Assembly (NCBI GenBank): GCA_963797645.1
Contig: CAWCQC010000016.1
Location: forward strand, 14,172 to 78,171
Source of the DNA: an uncultured Thermoleophilia bacterium
Lineage (GTDB): Bacteria > Actinomycetota > Thermoleophilia > Gaiellales > Gaiellaceae
Reading direction: 5' to 3'
DNA length: 64,000 bases
The notes beneath the pieces are model-generated. The model did no database searches. It was not told the origin of the DNA and saw nothing but the letters and a program-made list of their open reading frames with translations. Shown one piece after another: positions 47,959-56,889 of this stretch; within the stretch, counting starts at the first letter, position 1, and each line of letters opens with the position of its first letter. The position numbers and the translations under genes are program-made.

Positions 47959-50603
47959 GAAGGCGAGCGTCGACGACGACGCAGCGGTCGGGGAAAGCGA
48001 GCACGGGGTTCAGATCCAGCTCTGCCACCTCGGGCAGCTCGACACCGAGCCGCGACAAGCGATGCAGCACGTCAGTGAGCAACCGGACGCTCGCAGGTGC
48101 CATGCCGCGGAACCCTCCGACGAGGCGCCCCGCTTTCCCCTCGAGGACGAGTTCTTCGGCGTCGACGTCGGTCAACGGGGCGATCCGGAACGTGGCTTCG
48201 CCGATCAGCTCGGCAAGCATTCCGCCGGGGCCGAATGCGACGAGAGGGCCGAAGAGCGGGTCCTGGACGAGTCCGGCGAGCAGCTCGGTTCCGCCTTGCA
48301 CCATTGGCTGAACCAGGAGGGGCGGACCGATGCGGGATGCGGCGAGCCGGACCGTCTCCTCGTTTCCGAGCCCGAGCTCGACGCCGGCGACCTCGGTCTT
48401 GTGAATCCCGGGCGTCGCGGTCTTTATGGCCACGGGGTATCCGAGTTCTGCGGCGGCTGCTGCGGCGGCATCGGCCGATTCCACGATTCGTTCCTCGACG
48501 AGTGGGATGCCGTATGCCTGGAGGACGAGGTGCGTTTCCTTGGGAGTGAGCCAGTGCGATTCGGCGTTGGTCAGCGCCTCGGCGATGATCTTCCGCGCCG
48601 TCTGATGGTCGACGTCGACAATGGTCGGGACGGTGCCGGCTCGCCGGCGAAGCCAGCGAGCGCGGGCGGCTGCCCGGCCCAGCGCTCGCGCGGCGGACTC
48701 TGGGTACGAAAAGGATGCGATCCCGGCGGCATGACGGAGTTGGGGTGGGATGCCTTCGGCGCTCATGACGACCGAGAGGAGCGGCTTGTCGCTGGCTGCG
48801 TTCTCTCGGGCGCGGGCGATGGCGGCGGCGACGTCGATCGCCTCGACGGTGGCCGCCGGCACGAACAGCACGATCACGGCGTCAACATGGGGATCGTCGA
48901 GGAGAAGCGGAAGCGTCGCCTCGTAGCTGGCGGCGGTAGCCGAGCCGAGCATGTCGACCGGGTTCCCGAGTCCTGCCTCGGCCGGCAACTGTGTTGCGAG
49001 TGCGGCGTGGGTTGCCGAGCTGAGCGGCGATAGTTCCAGCCCCGCAGCCGCGCAGGCGTCGGCGCAGAGGATGCCGAGGCCGCCCGCATTGGTCAGCACG
49101 GCGACCTGCGGACCGCGAGGAGCTGGCCCCGGCCAGCGTAGAGCGCCGCGACGTCCAGAAGCTCTTCAAGGGTCTCGGCACGGATCACGCCTGCCTGGTG
49201 GAAGAGCGCGTCGACCGCGGTCTCCGAGCCGGCGAGGGCTGCGGTATGCGAGCTGGCGGCTCTTCGCTCCGGCCGCGGAGGCTCCGCTCTTCAGCGCGAG
49301 CAGCGGCTTCTGGCGTGCGAGGCGCCGGGCGATCCGCGCGAACTTGCGTGGGTTTCCAAAGGATTCGAGGTACAGGATGACGAGCTCGGTTCGGGCATCA
49401 TCCGTCCACCACTCGAGCAGGTCGTTCGACGAGACGTCCGCTTTGTTCCCGATCGAGACGAAGCTGGAGAAGCCGATTCCGCGGCCTTCCGCCGCTTCGA
49501 GCAACGCCAGCCCGAGGGCCCCGCTCTGTGAACCGAAACCGATCGAGCCGACAGGGAAACCGGTGCGTGCGAATGTCGCGTTGAGCCTGGAGCCGGTGAC
49601 GGCGAGGCCGAGGCAGTTGGGGCCGATCAACCGCGCGCGGTGCGCTCGCACGAGCGCAAGGAGCCGTTCCTGACGGGCCGCACCCTCCGGCCCGGTCTCG
49701 GCGAAGCCGGCTGAAATGACGCACAGGGCATTCGTTCCGGCGTGCAGCGCCTCCTGGGCGGCGTCGAGGACACGGTCGGCAGGCACGCAGATGACCGCGA
49801 GGTCGATCGGCTCGGGGATCTCGCTCAACGATCGGACGGCGGGCACGCCCGCCAACCGGCTCGCCGGAGCGGTTGACAGCGTAGGAGCGGCCCGTGAAGC
49901 CGCCGGCGCGGATATTCCGAAAGACGGTTCCACCAATCGAGCCGGGCCGGGCGGACGCGCCGATGACGGCGACGCTCGACGGCTCGAAAAACGGCCGCAG
50001 GGAGGCGACGACTGCGACGTGGTCGCGCTCGTCGACCCGTTCGCGGTACCGCTCGGTCGGCTCGATGGAGAAGCGCACCTCGACCGTGCCGCCTTCGATT
50101 TCCCGGGTGATGTCGAACCCAGCGTCCTCGAAGACGCGAAGCATCGCGCGGTTGTCGGGCATCACCTCTGCGACGAACGTCTCCACGCCCGTGGCGCCGG
50201 CGACGGCCGCGAGCTGTTCGACGAGCCGTGTCCCGACGCCCCTGCCCTGGAACTCGTCCGCGACAGCGAACGCCACTTCAGCACAGACAGGATCGCGGAG
50301 CCGCGCCCAGCTCGCCACGGCGACAACCTCCTCGCCACCGTCGTCCGCAGTCGTCGCGATCAGACCGCCGCGATCGTTCCCGTCGGTCGTCAGGAACGGG
50401 GTTACGAGATCGGGTACAACCGCCCTCATGCCGTGGAAGCGGAAGCGCAGGCTGTCCGGCGTGAGACCGGCGAAGAAGGCGAGCAGACGATCCGCGTCCT
50501 CCGAAACGGGCGGGCGGAGCCGAAGCGTCTCACCGTCGCGGAGGATGACATCGCGAATGGCCACGTTCAGGCTGACGGCGGCATTCCACCGTGGCGGCGG
50601 CAT
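47915..50603 (-). pseudogene. GNAT acetyltransferase fused to ADP-forming acyl-CoA synthetase (actinobacterial Pat-type), at least 3 apparent frameshifts
   Basis: N-terminal GNAT AFAVADEFQGRGVGTRLVEQL; CoA-binding SVAVIGASARPGSIGG; IGPNCLG, GFGSQSGALG; ATP-grasp VAVLTNAGGLGILCADA...GYPVAIKTATPGIHKTEVAGV. Frame changes near 49870, 49265 and 49115. Confidence 0.8.
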
Positions 50604-50756
50604 CCCGGCCGATGACTCGGGCGCCGCGTCGACGCTTTCATGCTCATTGCGCCATCGTCGCGGCGAGGCCGCGCACTGTCATCAGAGAATGTTCCGGATC
50701 CCACTTCGGAGAATTACCGAAGCGAACCGCGCCGGTGGGTGTGAGCCGAAGGTCTT

Positions 50757-51653
50757 TCAGCCGCTCGGGGCTACGGTCTTGGGCCGGAGGTAGACGAACC
50801 AGTACACCGCTCCGACGAGGAGCGTTCCGCCGATCACGTTCCCGATCGTCACCGGCAGCAGGTTGTCGAGGAAGAACGCTCCCCATGTCAGGTTCGAAAG
50901 ATCGGGCGTGCCAGCCAAGGAGGCGGTGAAGTCAGCGTCGTTCTTGATCGCGATGCCAATCGGCACAAAGTACATGTTCGCGACACTGTGCTCGAAGCCG
51001 GCGGCGACGAAGGCCGTGATCGGAGGCACGATTGCGAGAATCCGGTCGGTCGTAGTCCGCGCGCTGTAACACAGCCAAACGGCCATGCACACGAGCGCGT
51101 TGCACAGGATTCCCAAGGCGACAGCCTGGCCGAAGCCAAGACCCACCTTCGCCTCAGCGATTGCAACCGCCTGCACGCCGACCGAGCCGCCGCCGAAGGT
51201 GTACTGGCGAGCCGCGTAGACGAGCCCAACGGTCGCGAGCGCGCCGGCGAAGTTGCCGCAGTAGACGAGGACCCAGTTGCGGAGCAGGCGGGCCGTCGAG
51301 ATGCGCCTGCTCGCCCACGCCATCCCGATCAGGTTGTTGCCGGTGAAGAGCTCCGCTCCGGCGACAAGGACGAGGATGAGACCAAGGGAGAACGCGAGTC
51401 CGGCCAGCAGGCGTACGACGCCGAACGGGAGATCGTCGGCTCCGGCCGTGACGGTCGTCGCGAAAACTGCGCCCATCGCGATGAATGCTCCGGCCAAGCC
51501 GCTGAGGGCGAGCAGATTGGCCGTTCCCATCTCGGCCTTCGCTCTTCCAACGTCCTCTGCCCGCCGCGCCATCGTCGGTGGCGGCAGAGCATCGAGGCTC
51601 CCGGAGGGAAAGCTCGTCTCTCGTGCGTCGGCCACGCAGAGCGGGTTCGCCAT
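50757..51653 (-). CDS. formate/nitrite transporter (FNT family)
   Basis: ELFTGNN, GFEHSVANMYF and six-transmembrane character. ATG 51653 follows GGAGGGGA, which is contributed by the 76-nt repeat. Confidence 0.9.
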   Translation of the reverse strand: MANPLCVADARETSFPSGSLDALPPPTMARRAEDVGRAKAEMGTANLLALSGLAGAFIAMGAVFATTVTAGADDLPFGVVRLLAGLAFSLGLILVLVAGAELFTGNNLIGMAWASRRISTARLLRNWVLVYCGNFAGALATVGLVYAARQYTFGGGSVGVQAVAIAEAKVGLGFGQAVALGILCNALVCMAVWLCYSARTTTDRILAIVPPITAFVAAGFEHSVANMYFVPIGIAIKNDADFTASLAGTPDLSNLTWGAFFLDNLLPVTIGNVIGGTLLVGAVYWFVYLRPKTVAPSG

Positions 51654-51655
51654 GC

Positions 51656-51731
51656 TGAGCTGATCCCCTCCGGGGTCGCGCCCGCCGCAAATGCGGGGAA
51701 TCACGGATGGGGTTCGGCGGATCCGCGGATG
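51656..51731. repeat. 76-nt element, copy A
   Basis: TGAGCTGATCCCCTCCGGGGTCGCGCCCGCCGCAAATGCGGGGAATCACGGATGGGGTTCGGCGGATCCGCGGATG. It matches copy B (54167-54242) at 73 of 76 positions by hand alignment, in the same orientation. Confidence 0.95.
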
Positions 51732-51796
51732 CGACGCAGCACCTGGAGGCGGGCATAGGGTAGGCCATCGAAGCGGGCCTTTACCTCGCGATCGCG

Positions 51797-52777
51797 ATGG
51801 CGCTCGCGTTCGCGCTCACCAACGGCTTCCACGACGCGTCGAACGCGATCGCGACCCTGGTCACGACGAGGGGGGCGTCGCCCCGGGACGCCATCATCCT
51901 CGCCTCGGTCTTCAACATGGTCGGGGCGCTCGTTCTCGGCACGGCCGTTGCGAACACGATCGCCGGAATCGTCGACGTCCCGCCGGGCCAGGAGGTGGCG
52001 GTCATCGGAGCAGGCCTCACCGCGGCCGTGCTCTGGAACCTCCTCACCTGGTGGTTCGGGCTCCCGTCGAGCTCCGGGCACGCGCTGGTGGGAGGCCTGG
52101 TCGGGGCGGCGCTACTCGACGGAGGCGTCGACGCGATCAACTGGGGCGGGCTCGACGGCTGGCACCCGGTCGGGCTCTTCGGCACCCTGATCGTCCTCGC
52201 GGTCTCACCGGTGCTCGGCCTCGTGGGAGGGGTCGCAGCGATCCTCCTTCTGCGCCGCGGGTTCCGACGAGCTACACGACGGGTCCACGGGCCGGTTCGC
52301 GGAGCCGAGTGGGTGATGTCGGCCGGACTCTCGCTCAGCCACGGGGCGAACGACGCCCAGAAGGCGATGGGCGTCATCGCCGCGCTGCTCCTGGCCGCCG
52401 GGAAGATCGACTCGTTCGCGGTGCCGTTGTGGGTCAAGGTGTCGTGCGGCGCGGTCCTCACGCTCGGAACGGCGCTCGGCGGTTGGCGGATCGTGAAGAC
52501 GGTCGGACGGCGGATCTTCCGGCTCCAGCCGATCGACGGGCTCGCGAGCCAGACGAGCTCTACAGCGGTCATCCTCAGCGCCTCGTTGGTCGGCGGCCCG
52601 GTAAGCACGACGCAGGTGGTCGCGTCATCCGTCGTCGGCATCGGCATTGGCCGGGGCCGAATCCATCACGTACGCTGGCAAGTCGTGGAGAACATTGGCG
52701 TTGCCTGGGTCACGACGATCCCGGGTGCGGCCCTCCTCGCGGCCGCCTTTCTCCCGCTCTGGAGGGCGTTCACGTGA
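51797..52777 (+). CDS. inorganic phosphate transporter, PiT (PHO4) family
   Basis: NGFHDASNAIAT and GANDAQKAMGVI signature pair. The N-terminus is unusually short: the frame is closed by TAG 51761 and has no earlier start. Confidence 0.9.
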   Translation: MALAFALTNGFHDASNAIATLVTTRGASPRDAIILASVFNMVGALVLGTAVANTIAGIVDVPPGQEVAVIGAGLTAAVLWNLLTWWFGLPSSSGHALVGGLVGAALLDGGVDAINWGGLDGWHPVGLFGTLIVLAVSPVLGLVGGVAAILLLRRGFRRATRRVHGPVRGAEWVMSAGLSLSHGANDAQKAMGVIAALLLAAGKIDSFAVPLWVKVSCGAVLTLGTALGGWRIVKTVGRRIFRLQPIDGLASQTSSTAVILSASLVGGPVSTTQVVASSVVGIGIGRGRIHHVRWQVVENIGVAWVTTIPGAALLAAAFLPLWRAFT

Positions 52778-53385
52778 GAGCGAGTCGCTGGTTCCTGCCC
52801 GAGTCGCCCGATGTCCTGGGCATGCTCCGGACGCAGGCGACAATCACGGTGCGGGGGCTCGCGGCCTTCGCGGCGTGGGCCGCAGGTGATGCGACTCAGG
52901 CCGAGAACGTCGGCCGGCTCGAGCACGAGGCGGACGATCACAAGCGCGAGCTCCGCGCGATCCTGCGCACGGCGTTCTCGACCCCGGTGGAGCCCGAGGA
53001 CTTGTTCGAGCTCTCGCGCGGGATCGACGCGCTCTTGAACGGTGCGAAGAACACGGTGCGGGAAGCCGAGGTCATGGCGATTCCACCCGACGAGCCGATC
53101 GCCGAGATGGCCGTGTTGCTCGCGGACGGAATGCGCGAGCTCGCGGTCGCTGTCGAGGGGCTCACGGCCGACTCGAACGCCGCGACCGCTGCGGCGGACG
53201 CGGCGGTCAAGAGCCAGCGGAAGCTCGAGCGGGCCTACCGGCGGGCGAGCGCCGCGCTGCTCGAGGTCGACGACCTCCGCCTTGTCGCGTCCAAGCGCGA
53301 GCTGTACCGTCGCATGTCGCGCCTCTCCGAGCTGCTGATCGACGTCGCCGAGCGCATCTGGTTCGTGGTCGTCAAGGAGGCCTGA
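52774..53385 (+). CDS. DUF47 / PhoU-like phosphate-transport accessory protein
   Basis: GTG overlaps the PiT stop (GTGA). Helical, with LEHEADDHKRELRAIL..EDLFELSRGIDALLNGAKN. Confidence 0.8.
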   Translation: MRASRWFLPESPDVLGMLRTQATITVRGLAAFAAWAAGDATQAENVGRLEHEADDHKRELRAILRTAFSTPVEPEDLFELSRGIDALLNGAKNTVREAEVMAIPPDEPIAEMAVLLADGMRELAVAVEGLTADSNAATAAADAAVKSQRKLERAYRRASAALLEVDDLRLVASKRELYRRMSRLSELLIDVAERIWFVVVKEA

Positions 53386-53386
53386 C

Positions 53387-53686
53387 ATGAGCCGAGCCCG
53401 CCTGCCCTCGTGCGTCACCGTCGCGGGTGCCGGAACGATGGGAGCCGGCATGGCCGCGGTGCTCGCGCGCGCGGGCTGCTCGGTCAGGCTGACGGCACGG
53501 CGTGAGGAGACGCTCCCGGCGGCGCGCGAGCGCGTCGAGATGATCGCCGGCGCCGCGTCAAGCCGGGATGAGTGGGAGCGGTTCGCCTCGCACGCGTGCC
53601 TGTGTAACCATGCGCGAGCCTTCCTCCGGCCGGATGGCGCCCCTCGCGCGATCTGCTGGGCACGGGGCGCGAAAAGGGTTCAGTAG
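53387..53686 (+). pseudogene. N-terminal fragment of a 3-hydroxyacyl-CoA dehydrogenase-type NAD-binding protein
   Basis: VTVAGAGTMGAGMAAVLARAGCSVRLTARREETLPAARERVE is a Rossmann GxGxxG start. After about 55 codons the translation becomes non-protein-like. Confidence 0.5.
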
Positions 53687-53707
53687 GGCGGGCTCGCTCT
53701 TGCCACC

Positions 53708-53924
53708 GATCAACGCCACCCCCTCCCGCCTGGGAAATCTCGGGGCGACGGGTCCCACCTGACGTCTGCACCTGAGCCGATGTCGAGGATGCGTGCGCCT
53801 GGCTCGAGCGGGCCCAGGACGAACGGGTGCGCTACGCCGGGAACGACTCGGCTGCGCTGTCGGGTCGTGTGCGAGGAGCTGCGGTGGGTAGCCGCTGGAC
53901 GTCGATGTCTACTCGGATAGCCAT
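53708..53924 (-). pseudogene. relic of a SAM-methyltransferase N-terminus (frameshifted and truncated)
   Basis: AAGGAGG then ATG 53924 (MAIRVDIDVQRLPTAAP...). Another frame reads VAHPFVLGPLEPGARILDIGSGAD (motif I-like) and then stops. Confidence 0.35.
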
Positions 53925-54012
53925 GCGGGGCCTCCTTGTGGTTGGTGTCGCTGTCGGTTCGGGCGCTCCGAGGCCGGGTCGGGTCTCGCGTTCGACCTGA
54001 TCCGGGTCGGGG

Positions 54013-54169
54013 GGCGGACGGGGAGGCCGGCCGCTTTCCAGGCTGCGAAGCCGCCGTCGAGATCGGTCGCCCGTTGGTGGCCGAGATCGTGCGCGATGGC
54101 GGCGGCGAGGCTCGAGGAGCAGCCCTCGGCGCAGGTCAGGATTAGCTGTCGGTCGAGGCCGCCGAATGA
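54013..54169 (-). pseudogene. C-terminal fragment of a rhodanese-like domain, truncated at repeat copy B
   Basis: LILTCAEGCSSSLAAAIAHDLGHQRATDLDGGFAAWKAAGLPV parallels the intact rhodanese at 24247 (VILLCREGYSSSLAASWLRAIGFARADDVIGGVDAWRASGLPL). No N-terminal half is present. Confidence 0.55.
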
Positions 54170-54242
54170 GCTGATCCCCTCCGGGGTCGCGCCCGCCGCG
54201 GATGCGGGGAATCACGGATGGGGTTCGGCGGATTCGCGGATG
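54167..54242. repeat. 76-nt element, copy B
   Basis: It differs from copy A only at 54200-54201 (GG versus AA) and 54234 (T versus C). Confidence 0.95.
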
Positions 54243-54394
54243 GTGCCGCTGCCACAGGAATGGTTCTCATTGAGGCATGCAGATCTGCCCCGCCCTCGTC
54301 GCTCGAGCGCTATGGTGGCCAAGATCGCACCTCGCCGGTTTGACAACGCGCTCCTCGGCCGCGGCGAACCGACACGACTCGAAACGGAGGGGCC

Positions 54395-54970
54395 ATGAAG
54401 ATCCTGATCGTTTACGGCACAACCGAAGGCCATACCGCGACCCTCGTGGAGCGGATGCGTGAGTCGATCGCCGGTCGAGGCTTCGACGTTCAGGTCGAGC
54501 AGGCCGGCGAACAGCCATCCGAGATACCGGCGGACATCGACGGCGTGATCGTCGGCGCCTCCGTCCACAAGACGAAGTACCAGGCCGAGGTCAACGATTT
54601 CGTGGTCGAGAATCGCGACCGCCTTTCGGCGCTTCCGTCGGCGTTCTTCCAGGTCTGCTTGACGGCAGCGGATCCTAGTCCGGAGTCTGCGCAGCAGACG
54701 CAGGCTCTCGTCGACGCGTTCGTGCAGTCGACAGGCTGGCAGCCGGAAACGGTGGAGACGTTCGCGGGCAAGCTCGCGTGGTCTCAGTACGACTTCTTCA
54801 CGCGCCTGCTCCTCAAGCTGATCCTCCGCGCCCTCCATCGGCCCGCCGAGGAGCGCGACACGTCTCACGATCACGACTACACGGACTACGACGCGGTCCG
54901 ACGCTTCGCAGAGACGTTCGCTGACAGGGTGGCCGCCACGGCAGGTGCGCGCCACATGTCCCACACGTAG
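54395..54970 (+). CDS. flavodoxin-like protein (HemG / long-chain flavodoxin type)
   Basis: MKILIVYGTTEGHTATLVERM...GVIVGASVHKTKYQAEVNDFV. Intact. Confidence 0.8.
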   Translation: MKILIVYGTTEGHTATLVERMRESIAGRGFDVQVEQAGEQPSEIPADIDGVIVGASVHKTKYQAEVNDFVVENRDRLSALPSAFFQVCLTAADPSPESAQQTQALVDAFVQSTGWQPETVETFAGKLAWSQYDFFTRLLLKLILRALHRPAEERDTSHDHDYTDYDAVRRFAETFADRVAATAGARHMSHT

Positions 54971-54984
54971 GTGAGAGAAGCGCA

Positions 54985-55502
54985 ATGTCTCACGTCCTCA
55001 TCGCATACACGACGAAGCATGGCTCGACCGGGGAGGTCGCGGGCGCCATCGCTGAAACCTTGCAGCAGCGTGGCTTGAGTGTTGAGCTGCGTCCCGCTGG
55101 GGAGGTCGAGAATCTCGACGAATTACGACGCCGTCGTTCTTGGTGCTCCCCTCTACATGGGCCGGTGGGAGCGGAACGCCCGTCGCTTTCTCAAGCGACA
55201 CCAGGCCGCCCTCCATACGAAGCCGACGGCGGTCTTCGCGCTTGGGCCGCTCAGTGACAAACCCGAGGACCGGCCCGGGCCGATGAAGCAGCTCGAAGGG
55301 GCGCTGGCAAAGACGCCCAACGTCAAGCCGGTCGCAGATTGGCTTGTTCGGCGGCGTGATCGATTCCAGCAAGCTTCGGTTCCCTTTCAGCTCCATGCCG
55401 GAGGGTGATTGGCGAGACTGGAAGGCGATTGCCGTCTGGAGCGAGGAGCTTGTCCCGCTCTTCGCCGCGCCGACTCGAGTCGCTCGTGACTTGCCGCGGC
55501 GG
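54985..55502 (+). pseudogene. second flavodoxin-like protein, 2 apparent frameshifts (~55125, ~55345), reading without a stop into the next gene
   Basis: MSHVLIAYTTKHGSTGEVAGAIAETLQ.., then YDAVVLGAPLYMGRWERNARRFLKRH..TAVFALGPLSD, then GGVIDSSKLRFPFSSMPEGDWRDWKAIAVWSEEL. These lie in three frames. Confidence 0.7.
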
Positions 55503-56149
55503 ATGGGTCAACGTGAGGTGCGCGTCGCAACCGGCGTAGCCGCCTTGCTTGCGGCCGGCTATGTGATCCATCGTCTTGGGCGGCAGTCGGGTGCGACGTC
55601 CGCCGAGACTAGACAGGCGCTGCCTGGCGACGAGCTCGTGCCCCAGGCGATGTGGCGCTCGACCCGGGCCATCACCGTCGAGAAGGCACCAGCAGACGTT
55701 TGGCCGTGGATCGTTCAGATGGGCTTCCCCTCGCACCGCGCCGGTTGGTACACGCCCTCTTGGCTCGACCGGCTGATGTGGCGGATCGATACCCGCAGCG
55801 CCGAGGAAATCGTCCCCGAGCTCCAGCGGCTCGAAGTCGGTGACACCGTCCTGGACAGCGAGGACGGTTCAGTGTTCTTTACGGTCGTCGCCGTCCGAGC
55901 CAGACGAAGTGCTGGTCCTCTACTCGACCCGCCATCTCCTTGAGTCCAGTCCGCTCGATCAGGTTCAGCTGGGCCTTCGTAGTGCGGCCACTTCGTCGGG
56001 GCAAACACGGCTGATCGTCCGTGCGCGGGCCTGGTTCGCTCCCTGGTGGGCGTGGCCGTTCGTCGAGTTGCTCATCGGCTCCAGGCGACTTCGTCAACGC
56101 CAGCCAAATGCTCCGTGGAATCAAACGGCGCGCGGAACACAACGGGTGA
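55503..56149 (+). pseudogene. SRPBCC-family paralogue of 44475-45176, at least 2 apparent frameshifts (~55895, ~56080)
   Basis: ALPGDELVPQAMWRSTRAITVEKAPADVWPWIVQMGFPSHRAGWYTPSWLDRL; EPDEVLVLYSTRHLL; GDFVNASQMLRGIKRRAEHNG. The stop overlaps the next start (GTGA). Confidence 0.65.
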
Positions 56150-56880
56150 CCGCGACCGAACTGAAAATTCCCACCGCTCGCGGCCAGATGCCCGTCTATC
56201 TCGCCACGCCGGCCGGCGACGGTCAATGGCCGGGCGTCGTGGTCATCCACGACGCCCTCGGCATGAGCACCGACGTTCGTCGTCAGGCGGACTGGCTGGC
56301 GGGTAAGGGATATCTTGCGGCCGCGCCAGACCTCTACTACTGGGGGCGCGAGATCAGGTGCCTGATCTCGACGGTTCGCCTCGGCGAGGAACCACTCGGT
56401 GACCTGGACGCCATGCGCCGATGGCTGTCCGCGCACGACCGCTGCACCGGCAAGGTCGGCGTGATCGGCTTCTGCATGGGCGGCGACTTCGCACTCATGA
56501 TGGCGCCCCGCCCCGGCTTCTCTGCGGCGAGCGTCAACTACGGCGCTGCCACAGAGGACCTCGAGCGTGCCCTGCCCGAGGTCTGCCCCATCGTCGGCAG
56601 CTACGGAGCAAAGGATCGGTGGCCGGGATTGCGCCGTGTACCCGATCGCCTCGAGGCGATGCTGAGTGCGGCAGGCGTCGACCATGACATCAAGGTCTAT
56701 CCCGACGCGGGCCATGGCTTTCTCAACGACCACGAGCCCACCGAGCTACCGCTCTGGGTCAAGGCGATCGCGAAGCTCGCGGCCGCCAGCTATCACGAGC
56801 CGTCGGCCCGTGATGCGCGCTGCCGCATCATCGCCTTCTTCCAGACTCACCTGGACAGCCCGACCAACGGGACACTGTGA
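56146..56880 (+). CDS. dienelactone hydrolase family protein
   Basis: PGVVVIHDALGMS, nucleophile VGVIGFCMGG and YPDAGHGF. Confidence 0.85.
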   Translation: MTATELKIPTARGQMPVYLATPAGDGQWPGVVVIHDALGMSTDVRRQADWLAGKGYLAAAPDLYYWGREIRCLISTVRLGEEPLGDLDAMRRWLSAHDRCTGKVGVIGFCMGGDFALMMAPRPGFSAASVNYGAATEDLERALPEVCPIVGSYGAKDRWPGLRRVPDRLEAMLSAAGVDHDIKVYPDAGHGFLNDHEPTELPLWVKAIAKLAAASYHEPSARDARCRIIAFFQTHLDSPTNGTL

Positions 56881-56889
56881 GCCAGGTCG

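Noticed and set aside
51654-51704. N-terminal extension MIPRICGGRDPGGDQLS of the formate/nitrite transporter and the similar ORF 53832..54215 (MIPRIRGGRDPGGDQL..)
   Set aside because: The shared peptide is just the translation of the 76-nt repeat. The 54-kb ORF is otherwise Arg/Pro junk, and the transporter has a good Shine-Dalgarno and ATG at 51653.
51656-54242. MITE or IS interpretation of the 76-nt repeats
   Set aside because: No terminal inverted repeats within the unit, no target-site duplication visible at either copy, and no transposase in the window. It is kept as an unexplained repeat instead.
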